Origin: Pseudomonadota bacterium
GTDB taxonomy: Bacteria > Myxococcota > JACRCW01 > JAFGSX01
Direction: 5' to 3'
DNA length: 16,081 bases
Assembly: GCA_043821645.1 (NCBI GenBank)
Contig: JBDRCO010000116.1
Span: 1-16,081 of the forward strand
Below, one piece after another: positions 1 to 8,635 of the stretch. The stretch's first letter is position 1. Each line of letters begins with the position of its first letter. A program made the translations under genes and the position numbers. The notes under the pieces were generated by a model that saw nothing but the letters and a program-made list of their open reading frames with translations, made no database searches and was not told the DNA's origin.

Positions 1-473
1 TGCCAGCCCGCGGCATCACGACGAAGTTGAAAATGATCCGGCACATCCACCTCTGGATAAGAGCGATGGCCGCAGCACACCAAACCCTCGAGTTTGTTGA
101 GCCTGAGCATCGTCATGATCGCTGCCGGATCTGCCAGCCCACCTTCACCAGGAAAGTGGTGATCACCGGGTGTGCGGCAGACCTGCTGCAACCAGGGCAC
201 GAAGGCCATCTCCCGGTCCGGGCCTTGGGCTGCGGCCGCGGTGGTCGGGCAGTTCTCACCAAGGGCTCGCAGGACCTCGGCCGTACAGAAGTAAAACAGG
301 CTCGGTTGCTCGACAGCATCCCAGTAATCGTTCGAGAACACGACCCTGGGGCAGTCCAGGGCGCTCGTGGCGCTGGCCGCCGGGGCAAGCGAGGTTTGTG
401 CGGGCGTGGCGGCGCATCCCAGGGCCAGCATCAGGACCCCGCCGGCGCAGAGAACAGGGGAGTCATCGTTCAT
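1..473 (-). CDS. Partial hypothetical Cys-rich, possibly lipoprotein/secreted protein (3' end outside window)
   Basis: Manual translation from ATG at 473 is open to the window edge, so it is absent from the ORF track: MNDDSPVLCAGGVLMLALGCAATPAQTSLAPAASATSALDCPRVVFSNDYWDAVEQPSLFYFC...LVCCGHRSYPEVDVPDHFQLRRDAAGW. A hydrophobic stretch ends in LALGC and is followed by an Ala/Ser/Thr linker. The RBS is weak and I recognise no family. Confidence 0.45.
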   Translation of the reverse strand, partial: MNDDSPVLCAGGVLMLALGCAATPAQTSLAPAASATSALDCPRVVFSNDYWDAVEQPSLFYFCTAEVLRALGENCPTTAAAAQGPDREMAFVPWLQQVCRTPGDHHFPGEGGLADPAAIMTMLRLNKLEGLVCCGHRSYPEVDVPDHFQLRRDAAGW

Positions 474-595
474 GGAGTGAATTCCAGCACGGGGATGCTG
501 CTCCCTCAAGCACCGGTCAGGGACATGGCACGGACCAGGTTCCGCGGGCCCGGTTTCCTGGTCAGGGCCCAGCTTGATGGGCCGGCAGAAGAGGC

Positions 596-624
596 TTGCC
601 ACGTGTAGTCCCACGTGCTACCTC
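596..624 (+). promoter_or_regulatory. Candidate sigma70-type promoter for the rimP-nusA-infB operon
   Basis: TTGCCA (596-601), 17-nt spacer, TACCTC (619-624) with extended-10 TG at 616-617. The -10 lacks the final conserved T. It lies just upstream of the leader terminator. Confidence 0.4.
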
Positions 625-653
625 CCGCTTCGACAGTTTTGAGGCTTGTGCTC

Positions 654-684
654 AAGGCGGGTCTTCGTGACCTGCTTTTTTTTT
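654..684 (+). terminator. Intrinsic terminator/attenuator in the rimP leader
   Basis: Stem AAGGCGGGTC (654-663) / GACCTGCTTT (669-678) with two G-U pairs, loop TTCGT, and a T9 run at 676-684. No + strand gene ends immediately upstream, so it sits in a leader. Confidence 0.75.
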
Positions 685-727
685 GGCCACGCGTGGGTGC
701 TGCCTGATTCTCAATCGCGCAGCACCG

Positions 728-746
728 TGTTTCTCGACGAGAAACA
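728..746. repeat. Perfect 9-1-9 inverted repeat (operator-like, or leader hairpin)
   Basis: TGTTTCTCG-A-CGAGAAACA; the arms are exact reverse complements. Confidence 0.8.
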
Positions 747-856
747 GCGCATGGCAAGCGCCGCCGGCGGTGGTCCCCGTGGATCGACCCGGGCGCGCAG
801 CACGCACCTTCCAGGCGGCTGCACGGGCGGCGTGTGGCGCCGAGGTGTGTGTGGTG

Positions 857-1450
857 ATGACGGCGGATCCGAACAACCCTCTGTGGATACGGCAACACCA
901 TGCGGTGGTCGACCGCGTGGCGGCCGTGGTCGAGCCCCTGCTCGCGGGCGAGGGTTTCGAACTCGTGGACATCGAGTTCCAGCGCAGCGGCCGGGCCACG
1001 GTGCGGCTTTTCGTCGACCTGCAGGGGCGCGAGCGCTTCGCGGATGTGAACCAGGGCGAGGTCCCCGAGGCGGGGATCACCCTGGAGCAGCTGTCGCACC
1101 TGACGCGGCTGCTGTCGGATGCTCTCGACGTGGCAGACCCCCTGCAGAGCCGCTACGAGCTGGAGGTGTCGTCGCCCGGCGTGGAGCGGTCCCTGGCGCA
1201 TCGCCTCGACTTCGAGCGGGCGCGCGGGCTGCTGGTGCAGGTGCGGACGCACGACAAGATAGAGGGTCAGCAGCGCTTCAAGGGTGTGCTGCTGGCCGTG
1301 GACGATTCCAGCATCCAGGTCCAGGAGGACCAGAAGACCGCGACGATCCCGGTCGCGCAGCTGGCCAGGGTACGCCTGGTGTATGCGCCGGCACCCGCGG
1401 CCCGGTCGACGAGCAAGCGAGCCAAGCAGACCAAGCGCGCGCGGAACTGA
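857..1450 (+). CDS. rimP: Ribosome maturation factor RimP
   Basis: Motifs EPLLAGEGFELVDIEF, RLFVD, GITLE, LDVADP, YELEVSSPGVER and RFKGVL. Lies directly upstream of nusA. Start placed at ATG 857 after GAGGTG (842-847); GTG at 851 or 854 is also possible. Confidence 0.95.
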   Translation: MTADPNNPLWIRQHHAVVDRVAAVVEPLLAGEGFELVDIEFQRSGRATVRLFVDLQGRERFADVNQGEVPEAGITLEQLSHLTRLLSDALDVADPLQSRYELEVSSPGVERSLAHRLDFERARGLLVQVRTHDKIEGQQRFKGVLLAVDDSSIQVQEDQKTATIPVAQLARVRLVYAPAPAARSTSKRAKQTKRARN

Positions 1451-1480
1451 GGACTGCGGGCGGATTGAAGGAGTGACGAG

Positions 1481-3241
1481 ATGGAAGCGAACCTGAATTA
1501 CGTGCTGGAGCAGGTGGGCAAGGACAAGGGCATCGACCGCCAGGTGCTGGTGGAGGCGCTCGAGGCGGCCATGCTCACCGCGGCGCGCAAGAAGCTCGGG
1601 CTGACCTCGGACCTCGAGGCGCGCTTCAACGAGGAGCGCGGTGAGGTCGAGATCTTCGAGTTCCGCACCATCGTGCACGACGTGCAGAACTTCTCGACGG
1701 AGATCGCCTTCACCGACGCGCTCAAGCTGGACCCCGAGCTCACCGACGAGGACATCGGCGAGGACCTGGGCGTCAAGATTGACTCCGCCGAGTTCGGGCG
1801 CATCGCGGCCCAGACCGCCAAGCAGGTGATCATCCAGCGCGTGCGTGAGGCCGAGCGTGCCCAGACCTACGGTGAGTACAAGGATCGCAAGGGCGAGCTG
1901 GTCACCGGCGTCGTGCGCCGCTTCGAGCGCGGCAACATCATCGTCGACCTGGGCCGTGCCGAGGCCGTGCTGCCGTCGCGCGAGCAGGTGCCGCGGGAAA
2001 ACTACCGCACCGGCGAGCGCATCAAGGCCTACGTGCTCGACGTGCTCGAGGTGGCCAAGGGCCAGCAGATCATCCTGTCCCGCACCCACACGGGCCTGCT
2101 CATCAAGCTGTTCGAGCAGGAGGTGCACGAGATCGCCGAGGCGGTGGTCACCATCGAGGCCGCGGCCCGTGAGCCTGGTGTGCGTTCGAAGATCGCAGTG
2201 TCCAGTCGGGACTACGACGTGGACCCTGTGGGCGCCTGCGTCGGCATGAAGGGATCGCGCGTGCAGGCCGTGGTGCAGGAGCTGCGCGGTGAGAAGATCG
2301 ACATCGTGACCTGGGACGAGGACGAAGCGCGCCTGGTGTGCAACGCCCTGAGCCCGGCCGAGGTCAGCCGCGTGCTCATCGACGAGGCCAACCACGCCAT
2401 GGAGATCGTGGTCCCCGACGACCAGCTCAGCCTGGCCATCGGTCGCCGCGGTCAGAACGTGCGTCTGGCTGCACAGCTGACGGGCTGGAAGCTCGACATC
2501 ACCAGCGAGACCAAGGTGATGGAACAGCGCGAGGTGGCCTGGCGTTCGCTGTCCCGGCTCGAGGGCGAGAACGGCCAGCTGTCGGATTTCGCTATCCAGA
2601 CCCTCTACAATCATGGCTTCCGCTCGGCCAACGATGTGCTGCACGAGGACCCGGACTATCTGGCCACGCTGCCGGGCTTCTCGCCCGAGGCGGTCCAGCG
2701 CATCCAGCCTTCGGCCGCGCGGGTGGTCGAGATGGAAAAGGAAGAGGCCTCCGCCGAGCGCCTGGCTGCCCGCGAGAGCGCCAAGGTGCTGGCCCTCATC
2801 GATCGCCGCGCCGCCGAGGAACTGCAGCGCGCCGGGAGCGAGGGAGCCAGGCTGCGCGAGCTGCGTGGCATGGTGGACTATGTCATCGATCGCCTTGATG
2901 CGGCCTGCTACGACAACATCGAGGACATCTACTTCGAGACCGAGACCGACCGCCTGGTCACGGTCGCGGGATTTTCGAACCTCAAGGCGGCCGCGCTGCG
3001 CTGGGCGGTGGCCAAGAAGGTGCGCGAGCTGAGCGCCGATCAAGCCGAGATCCCGGTCGAGGAGCCCAACGCCGAGGAGTGGACCGAGCTCGAAGCCTAC
3101 GACGTTCAGCAGGCCGAGGCACTGCTGCAAGTAGATGCCGAGGTGCCCGAGGCGACCGCCGACGAGAGCGCAGGTGAGACCCAGGTGGATGATGGTGTGG
3201 TGGCCCCGGCGCTGCCGGGCTTCGAGGAGACCATGGCGTGA
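1481..3241 (+). CDS. nusA: Transcription termination/antitermination factor NusA
   Basis: [23 protein letters not shown]1 domain ([11 protein letters not shown]), KH domains ([41 protein letters not shown]), two C-terminal HhH/AR-like repeats and an acidic tail. SD AAGGAG at 1468-1473. Confidence 0.99.
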   Translation: MEANLNYVLEQVGKDKGIDRQVLVEALEAAMLTAARKKLGLTSDLEARFNEERGEVEIFEFRTIVHDVQNFSTEIAFTDALKLDPELTDEDIGEDLGVKIDSAEFGRIAAQTAKQVIIQRVREAERAQTYGEYKDRKGELVTGVVRRFERGNIIVDLGRAEAVLPSREQVPRENYRTGERIKAYVLDVLEVAKGQQIILSRTHTGLLIKLFEQEVHEIAEAVVTIEAAAREPGVRSKIAVSSRDYDVDPVGACVGMKGSRVQAVVQELRGEKIDIVTWDEDEARLVCNALSPAEVSRVLIDEANHAMEIVVPDDQLSLAIGRRGQNVRLAAQLTGWKLDITSETKVMEQREVAWRSLSRLEGENGQLSDFAIQTLYNHGFRSANDVLHEDPDYLATLPGFSPEAVQRIQPSAARVVEMEKEEASAERLAARESAKVLALIDRRAAEELQRAGSEGARLRELRGMVDYVIDRLDAACYDNIEDIYFETETDRLVTVAGFSNLKAAALRWAVAKKVRELSADQAEIPVEEPNAEEWTELEAYDVQQAEALLQVDAEVPEATADESAGETQVDDGVVAPALPGFEETMA

Positions 3242-4014
3242 ACACGGCCGGCGAACAGCGCCAGGACCCGCAGCGCCGCTGCGTGGGGTGCCGCCAGGGT
3301 GCACCGGCGATCGAGCTGGTGCGCTTCGTGGCCGCCGATGGTGTGTTGCGCGTCGACGCCAGTCGCCGTCTGCCCGGGCGCGGGGCCTGGGTGCATCCGC
3401 GGCGGGGCTGTCTGGAGCGCGGACTCAAGCGCGGGGGCTTTGCCCACGCCCTGAAAGGGAGCGTGCGGGGTGAGCTGCCTTCTGTTCTCGACGCCCTGCT
3501 TGGCCAGCTCGAGCGGGATGCCCTGTCGAGGCTCGGGCTGCTGCGGCGCAGCGGTGCCCTGGTGTTCGGGCGCGATTCCGTGGCCCGCGCGGTCGAGCAG
3601 GGGAAGACTCTGGCCTTGTGGCTGGCCACGGACACGGCGCCGCGAACCCTGCGCGAGACCGAGCGGCTGGCCTCAGGGCAGGGTTTGCCGGTTGTGATCG
3701 TCGGCACCCAGGGGGCGATGGGAGCAGCCCTGGGATCGGCGCCGGTGGCCGTCGCGGGTCTGCCCCGAGGGGCCGCCGGTGAGCGTGTCTTCGCTGCCCT
3801 GCGGATCTGGGCTGCCGCGCAAAAGGACGCCGCGCCCGCGGCGGTACCCGGGGGATCCGCAAGTTCCCCGACGACACAGGGGTCTGGCGGCGAGGCGAAG
3901 CCGTCGAAGGGTGAGAACGTAGGAGCCGCGACAGCGCGCCGGTCAGGTGACGCGGTGGAGCGCGGGGATCGTGTGGTGGTGTCTGAGGTTTACAAGGGCG
4001 TTCCCGAGGCATAA
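3238..4014 (+). CDS. ylxR: YlxR/RnpM (DUF448) domain fused to an L7Ae/YlxQ-family domain, with a low-complexity C-terminal tail
   Basis: N-terminal PQRRCVGCR...ELVRFV...PGRGAWV...CLE (YlxR), then [20 protein letters not shown]...LWLATD...MGAALG..VAVAGL (L7Ae). The GTG start overlaps the nusA stop (GTGA). Canonical position between nusA and infB. Confidence 0.9.
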   Translation: MNTAGEQRQDPQRRCVGCRQGAPAIELVRFVAADGVLRVDASRRLPGRGAWVHPRRGCLERGLKRGGFAHALKGSVRGELPSVLDALLGQLERDALSRLGLLRRSGALVFGRDSVARAVEQGKTLALWLATDTAPRTLRETERLASGQGLPVVIVGTQGAMGAALGSAPVAVAGLPRGAAGERVFAALRIWAAAQKDAAPAAVPGGSASSPTTQGSGGEAKPSKGENVGAATARRSGDAVERGDRVVVSEVYKGVPEA

Positions 4015-4064
4015 AAAGACCGCGGCGACGGACACGTGACGTCCCGCTGGCAAGGATTCGGCGC

Positions 4065-6800
4065 ATGGGTGACAAGATTCGCGTCTACCAGCTCGCCAAG
4101 GAGCTCGGCCTAGCCAACAAGGAGCTGGTCGACAAGCTCCAAGCACTGGGATTCGAGGTCAAGAGCCATTCCAGCTCCGTCGACGAGGCGGATGCTCGCA
4201 AGGCCATCGCCGGAGGTGTGGAGCCCGCTAAGGCGGACGCTCCAGCGCCCCGCCGCGTTCGCACGGTGCTCCGGCGCCGTTCGGATCGCGACGACGAGGC
4301 AGAGGCGACCGAGGGCCAGGAGAACGAGGCCGCCATAGCGGTCGAGGCCGAGGCCGAGGTCGAGACCGAGGCACAGGTCCAGGCTGAAGATGTGTCCCAG
4401 GACGAGGTTTCCCTGCCCTCACCCCAGGGCGAGGACGGGGTTGCCGAGGTCGTGGCGCAGGAGACCGAGCCGGCCGAGACCCAGAACGAGGCCGCACCGA
4501 TCGCGGAAGTTCAAGCCGAGGCAGTCGAGCCGGCCCCCCCAGCGGTCGAGGCCGGGGCCGAGGTGCCCGTGAGCGAGAGCACTCCAGTGGTCGAGAGCGC
4601 CCCCGTGCCGCCCGCCCCGGTGCCCAAGTCGAACCGGCCCGCGTCGCAGGTCAGCAAGGTGGTTCGGATCATCGACGCCGAGGCCATCAAGCAGCGCCTC
4701 GCCTCCGAAGGTAAGAATTTCCAGCCCAGACGCCCACCGGCCCCGCGTTTCCCGCAGGTGCGCGAGTTGCACGTGGTTCAGGATCAGTTCGGGCGCGGCC
4801 CGACCATGGTCGACGTCAGTGCCCAGAATCAGCGGCCGAGCAAGAAGGGCAAGAAGGGCGGCACCCAGGAGACCGTGATCAACCGGCGTGACATGCTGGA
4901 GATGCGCGCTGGAGCCCGCGACCTGTGGCTGACCCCCGGTAAAAAGCGCCGGGCCACTAAAAAGGGACAGAAGACAGAGATCACACAGATGGCCGCGCAC
5001 AAGCGCGTGGTCGAGGTGCCAGGTACGATCACCGTGGGCGACCTGGCCAAGGCGATGGCGACCAAGGCTGGTGAAGTCCTGCGCAAGTTGATGGGCATGG
5101 GCATGATGGTCACCATCAACCAGACCATCGACTACGACACGGCGGCGATCATTGCCACCGAGTTCGAGTACGAGGCCAAGAACGTGGCCTTCGAGGAAGA
5201 GAACCTGCTCGAGACCACCGAGGACAAGCCCGAGGATCTGGCGTCGCGCGCCCCCGTGGTCACCATCATGGGCCACGTCGACCACGGCAAGACCTCCTTG
5301 CTCGACGGCATTCGCCATAGCCGCGTGGTCGACGGTGAGGCGGGTGGTATCACGCAGCACATCGGCGCCTACTCGGTGGAGATGGAGCGCGGTCGCATCA
5401 CCTTCCTCGACACGCCGGGCCACGAAGCTTTCACGGCCATGCGAGCCCGCGGTGCCCAGATCACAGACCTTGTGGTGCTAGTGGTGGCAGCTGACGACGG
5501 CGTGATGCCCCAGACCGTCGAGGCTATCAACCATGCCAAGGCGGCGAAGGTTCCGATCATCGTGGCGGTCAACAAGGTCGACAAGCCCGATGCCAACCCC
5601 GATCGCGTCATGCAGTCGCTCACCGAGCACGCCCTGGTCTCCGAGGCCTGGGGTGGCGACACGATGTTCGTCAATGTGTCGGCCAAGAAGCACACCGGCA
5701 TCGAAGATCTGCTCGAGGGCATCCTGCTGCAGGCCGAGGTCCTGGACCTCAAGTCCAACCCCAGCAAGCCCTCGCATGGCACCATCGTCGAGGCCCAGCT
5801 GGACAAGGGCCGCGGTCCGGTGGCCACGGTGCTGATCCAGGAGGGCACGCTGAAGACCGGTGACTCGGTGGTCAGCGGTGACTTCTACGGTCGCGTGCGC
5901 GCCTTGTACGACGACCGCGGCACCCAGGTCGAGGAGGCCGGCCCCTCGACACCGGTGCAGGTGCTGGGGCTTTGTGGCGTGCCCAACGCCGGCGATAGCT
6001 TCGACACGGTCGCTGACGAGAAGACCGCCAAGACCATTGCGGAGCACCGCGCTCAGAAGCACCGCGAGCAGGAGCTGGCGCAGAGCGCCAAGGTCTCGCT
6101 GGAAACCTTCCTGCTGCGTGCCAAGGCCAATGAGGCCCTCGAGCTCAAGCTCATCGTCAAGGCCGACGTCCAGGGTTCGGTCGAGGCCGTCGCCGATGCC
6201 CTGACCCGTCTCACCAACAACCAGGTCAAGGTGGTGGTGCAGCACTCGGCCGTGGGCGCCATCAGCGAGGGTGATGTCAACATGGCGACGGCCTCCGAGG
6301 CCATCATCATCGGCTTCGGCGTGCGTCCGGACACCAAGGCGCTGCAGCTGGCCGAGAAGGCCAAGGTCGACATCCGCCTGTACAACATCATCTACGAGGC
6401 CGTCGACGCGGTGAAGGCTGCCATGGAAGGCAAGCTGCCCACCACCACCATCGAGAAATACCTCGGCCGCGCCGAGATTCGCCAGACCTTCAGCGTCCCC
6501 AAGGTCGGAACCGTGGCCGGCTGCTCGGTCATCGACGGCAAGCTGCAGCGTAACGCGCGCATCCGCTTGCTGCGCGACGGCAAGGTGCTGTTCGATGGCA
6601 AGCTGTCGAGCCTCAAGCGCTTCAAGGACGATGTGCGCGAGGTGAACCAGGGTTACGAGTGTGGCGCCGGCATCGATGGCTACAACGATCTCAAGCCGGC
6701 GGACCTCATCGAGGCCTACGAGCTGCTCGAGATTGCCACCAAGCTCGAGGAGACCGGTACCGGTAGCGGTGGTGGCGACAGGCCACAGCCGAGTGCCTGA
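4065..6800 (+). CDS. infB: Translation initiation factor IF-2
   Basis: N-terminal [13 protein letters not shown]1 [76 protein letters not shown] upstream. Confidence 0.99.
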   Translation: MGDKIRVYQLAKELGLANKELVDKLQALGFEVKSHSSSVDEADARKAIAGGVEPAKADAPAPRRVRTVLRRRSDRDDEAEATEGQENEAAIAVEAEAEVETEAQVQAEDVSQDEVSLPSPQGEDGVAEVVAQETEPAETQNEAAPIAEVQAEAVEPAPPAVEAGAEVPVSESTPVVESAPVPPAPVPKSNRPASQVSKVVRIIDAEAIKQRLASEGKNFQPRRPPAPRFPQVRELHVVQDQFGRGPTMVDVSAQNQRPSKKGKKGGTQETVINRRDMLEMRAGARDLWLTPGKKRRATKKGQKTEITQMAAHKRVVEVPGTITVGDLAKAMATKAGEVLRKLMGMGMMVTINQTIDYDTAAIIATEFEYEAKNVAFEEENLLETTEDKPEDLASRAPVVTIMGHVDHGKTSLLDGIRHSRVVDGEAGGITQHIGAYSVEMERGRITFLDTPGHEAFTAMRARGAQITDLVVLVVAADDGVMPQTVEAINHAKAAKVPIIVAVNKVDKPDANPDRVMQSLTEHALVSEAWGGDTMFVNVSAKKHTGIEDLLEGILLQAEVLDLKSNPSKPSHGTIVEAQLDKGRGPVATVLIQEGTLKTGDSVVSGDFYGRVRALYDDRGTQVEEAGPSTPVQVLGLCGVPNAGDSFDTVADEKTAKTIAEHRAQKHREQELAQSAKVSLETFLLRAKANEALELKLIVKADVQGSVEAVADALTRLTNNQVKVVVQHSAVGAISEGDVNMATASEAIIIGFGVRPDTKALQLAEKAKVDIRLYNIIYEAVDAVKAAMEGKLPTTTIEKYLGRAEIRQTFSVPKVGTVAGCSVIDGKLQRNARIRLLRDGKVLFDGKLSSLKRFKDDVREVNQGYECGAGIDGYNDLKPADLIEAYELLEIATKLEETGTGSGGGDRPQPSA

Positions 6801-6899
6801 GGCCCGTGAACCGGGAGCGCTTCGCCGCCCCTCTGGCCTCAGGTGTGTGGCCTGACAGATGCCCCCCCGGCAGCACGGTCGCGGCGCAGTGAGATCCTG

Positions 6900-7184
6900 A
6901 TGGTCGTCGGCGTGCTCGAACTTGCCCTCGCGATTCCGGCCATCACGCTCAAAGAGAAGCGAAGCGTGGTCAAGCGCGTGGTGCATCGCACCCGCACCAA
7001 GTTCAATGTGGCGGTGGCCGAGGTCGATGAGCTGGACAATGCCGAGGCCGCGGTGATCGGCGTGGTGGCGGTGGGCAACGACAGGCGCCACGTGAACAGT
7101 ATGCTGGACCACGTGGCCACCTTCGTGGACGATCTGGGACTGTGTGAGCTGGTGGACGAGAGCCTGACCCTGGAGCACTACTAG
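6900..7184 (+). CDS. ylxP: DUF503 family protein (YlxP)
   Basis: MVVGVLEL...TLKEKRSVVK...KFNVAVAEVD...IGVVAVGND, 94 aa from ATG 6900. Canonical position between infB and rbfA. Confidence 0.93.
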   Translation: MVVGVLELALAIPAITLKEKRSVVKRVVHRTRTKFNVAVAEVDELDNAEAAVIGVVAVGNDRRHVNSMLDHVATFVDDLGLCELVDESLTLEHY

Positions 7185-7185
7185 C

Positions 7186-7623
7186 ATGGCATCGCGGCGT
7201 CCCAGACGAGTCGGTGAGATGATCCTGCGCGAGCTGGGGGAGATGTTCTCCCAGGGCCGGATCAAGGACCCCGACATCGGCTTCGTCACCTTCACCGGCG
7301 TCGATATGTCGCCGGACCTTCGCCAGGCACGCGCCTTCTACTCCGTGCTGGGCGACACCGTGGATCCGGAACAGGTCCAGCGCGCCATGAACCGCGTGGC
7401 ACCCTGGGTGCGGCGTGAGATCGGGCAGCGTCTCAAGCTCAGGTCCACGCCGGCCATCGAGTTCAGGCTGGACACGAGCCTGGCCCGGGCCGCGCGCATC
7501 GATCAGATCCTGCACGAGGTCCTGCCTGTCGGAGACACCGTCGCGGCCCCTGGCGACGACCCCGACGAGGATGCCGACGACGCCGAGGTCCTGGCGCACG
7601 ACGGGGATGAGGATGGGCGGTAG
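7186..7623 (+). CDS. rbfA: 30S ribosome-binding factor RbfA
   Basis: RRPRRVGEMILREL, IKDPDIGFVTFTGVDMSPDLRQAR, LKLRSTPAIEFRLDTSL; acidic C-terminal tail. Confidence 0.96.
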   Translation: MASRRPRRVGEMILRELGEMFSQGRIKDPDIGFVTFTGVDMSPDLRQARAFYSVLGDTVDPEQVQRAMNRVAPWVRREIGQRLKLRSTPAIEFRLDTSLARAARIDQILHEVLPVGDTVAAPGDDPDEDADDAEVLAHDGDEDGR

Positions 7624-8635
7624 CAGCCACAGCGGACGCCAGGTGGTGGAGCTGCGGCCCAGACCCGAGGTGCTGGCGCAGGCCGCGGCCGTGGCTCGGG
7701 TGCTCGTCGGAGCCGATCGCGTCCTCATCCAGGGACACACCGATCCCGACGGCGATACCTGCGGCTCCTGCCTGGGTCTGGCCACTGCCCTGCGTGAGAT
7801 GGGGCGGCAGGTCACGGTCTACAGCGAGCAGCACTATCCCAGCACCTTCGCCTGGCTGTGTGGTGGCGCAAAGGTTGTTCACTCGCTCGACCCGGACGCC
7901 CGCTTCGACGTCACGGTGGTCTGCGATGCGGGCACCATGAGCCGCATCGGTCGCCACAGCCCGGATCGGGATCGCCGGGGCAGCCTGGTGTGGATAGACC
8001 ATCACCGCCACCCCGCACCCCCGGGGGATGTCAATTACGTGGATGTGGATGCACCGGCCGTGGGCGAGCAAGTGCGTGAGATCCTGCGCGTGCTCGACCA
8101 CCCTGTCTCCATCGACGTGGCCAAGTGCATCTATGCGGCACTGCTCTCCGACACGGGCTCGTTCCGCTACTCCAACACGACGCCTCGAACCCTGATCCTG
8201 GCCAGCGAAATGGTCGCCCTGGGCGTCAACGCCTGGGAGATGACCGAGCGCATCTACGAGTCGCAGCCCCGGCAGCGCCTGATGCTGCTGTCCCGGGTGC
8301 TGCCCTCCCTGGACATCTCATCCTGCGGCCGCTTCGCCTCCATCACCGTCACCGAGCGCGACCTCCATGAGACGGGCGCCAGTGCCGAGCACACCGATGG
8401 CTTCATCAACTACCCGCGATCCATCGCTGGCGTGGAAGTGGCCATACAGTTCCGGCAGCGTGATGGTGGCTACAAGATCGGCTTTCGTTCTCGCGGCAAC
8501 GTCGACGTCAGCATCGCGGCCGAACGCCTGGGGGGTGGTGGCCACCCCAATGCTGCTGGCTGCCGATTGAGCGGAGAGCTGCCAGATATCCGCGACCGCG
8601 TGTACGAGGCCGTGCTGGCCGTACTCGACGCATGA
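7613..8635 (+). CDS. nrnA: DHH/DHHA1 phosphoesterase (bifunctional oligoribonuclease/pAp phosphatase, NrnA family)
   Basis: HTDPDGD, VCDAG, IDHH, LLSDTGSFRY, FRSRG and GGGGHPNAAG motifs. Usual position between rbfA and truB. The start is uncertain (ATG 7607/7613 overlapping the rbfA end, or a GTG near 7643). Confidence 0.92.
   Translation: MGGSSHSGRQVVELRPRPEVLAQAAAVARVLVGADRVLIQGHTDPDGDTCGSCLGLATALREMGRQVTVYSEQHYPSTFAWLCGGAKVVHSLDPDARFDVTVVCDAGTMSRIGRHSPDRDRRGSLVWIDHHRHPAPPGDVNYVDVDAPAVGEQVREILRVLDHPVSIDVAKCIYAALLSDTGSFRYSNTTPRTLILASEMVALGVNAWEMTERIYESQPRQRLMLLSRVLPSLDISSCGRFASITVTERDLHETGASAEHTDGFINYPRSIAGVEVAIQFRQRDGGYKIGFRSRGNVDVSIAAERLGGGGHPNAAGCRLSGELPDIRDRVYEAVLAVLDA

Noticed and set aside
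27..608. 193-aa + strand ORF
   Set aside because: It is the codon-register mirror of the minus-strand frame starting at 473 and has no recognisable motif or RBS. The minus frame looks more protein-like, though neither is certain.
683..856. N-terminal extension of RimP from TTG 683
   Set aside because: It starts inside the terminator T-run, has no RBS and no RimP-like sequence. A better SD precedes 857.
506..3304. 932-aa minus-strand ORF
   Set aside because: Antisense shadow of rimP/nusA. High-GC codon bias removes stops in the mirror frame, and the His/Leu/Val/Gly-rich composition is typical of such shadows.
4280..4640. Glu/Ala/Pro-rich quasi-repeats (GAGGCC) in infB
   Set aside because: Ordinary variable low-complexity IF-2 N-terminal linker, not a discrete repeat array.
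4419..7295. 334-aa and 605-aa minus-strand ORFs
   Set aside because: Antisense shadows of infB/ylxP.
7415..7606. Long upstream extension of the DHH ORF
   Set aside because: It overlaps rbfA out of frame and is Ser/Arg/Thr-rich with no DHH-family similarity.
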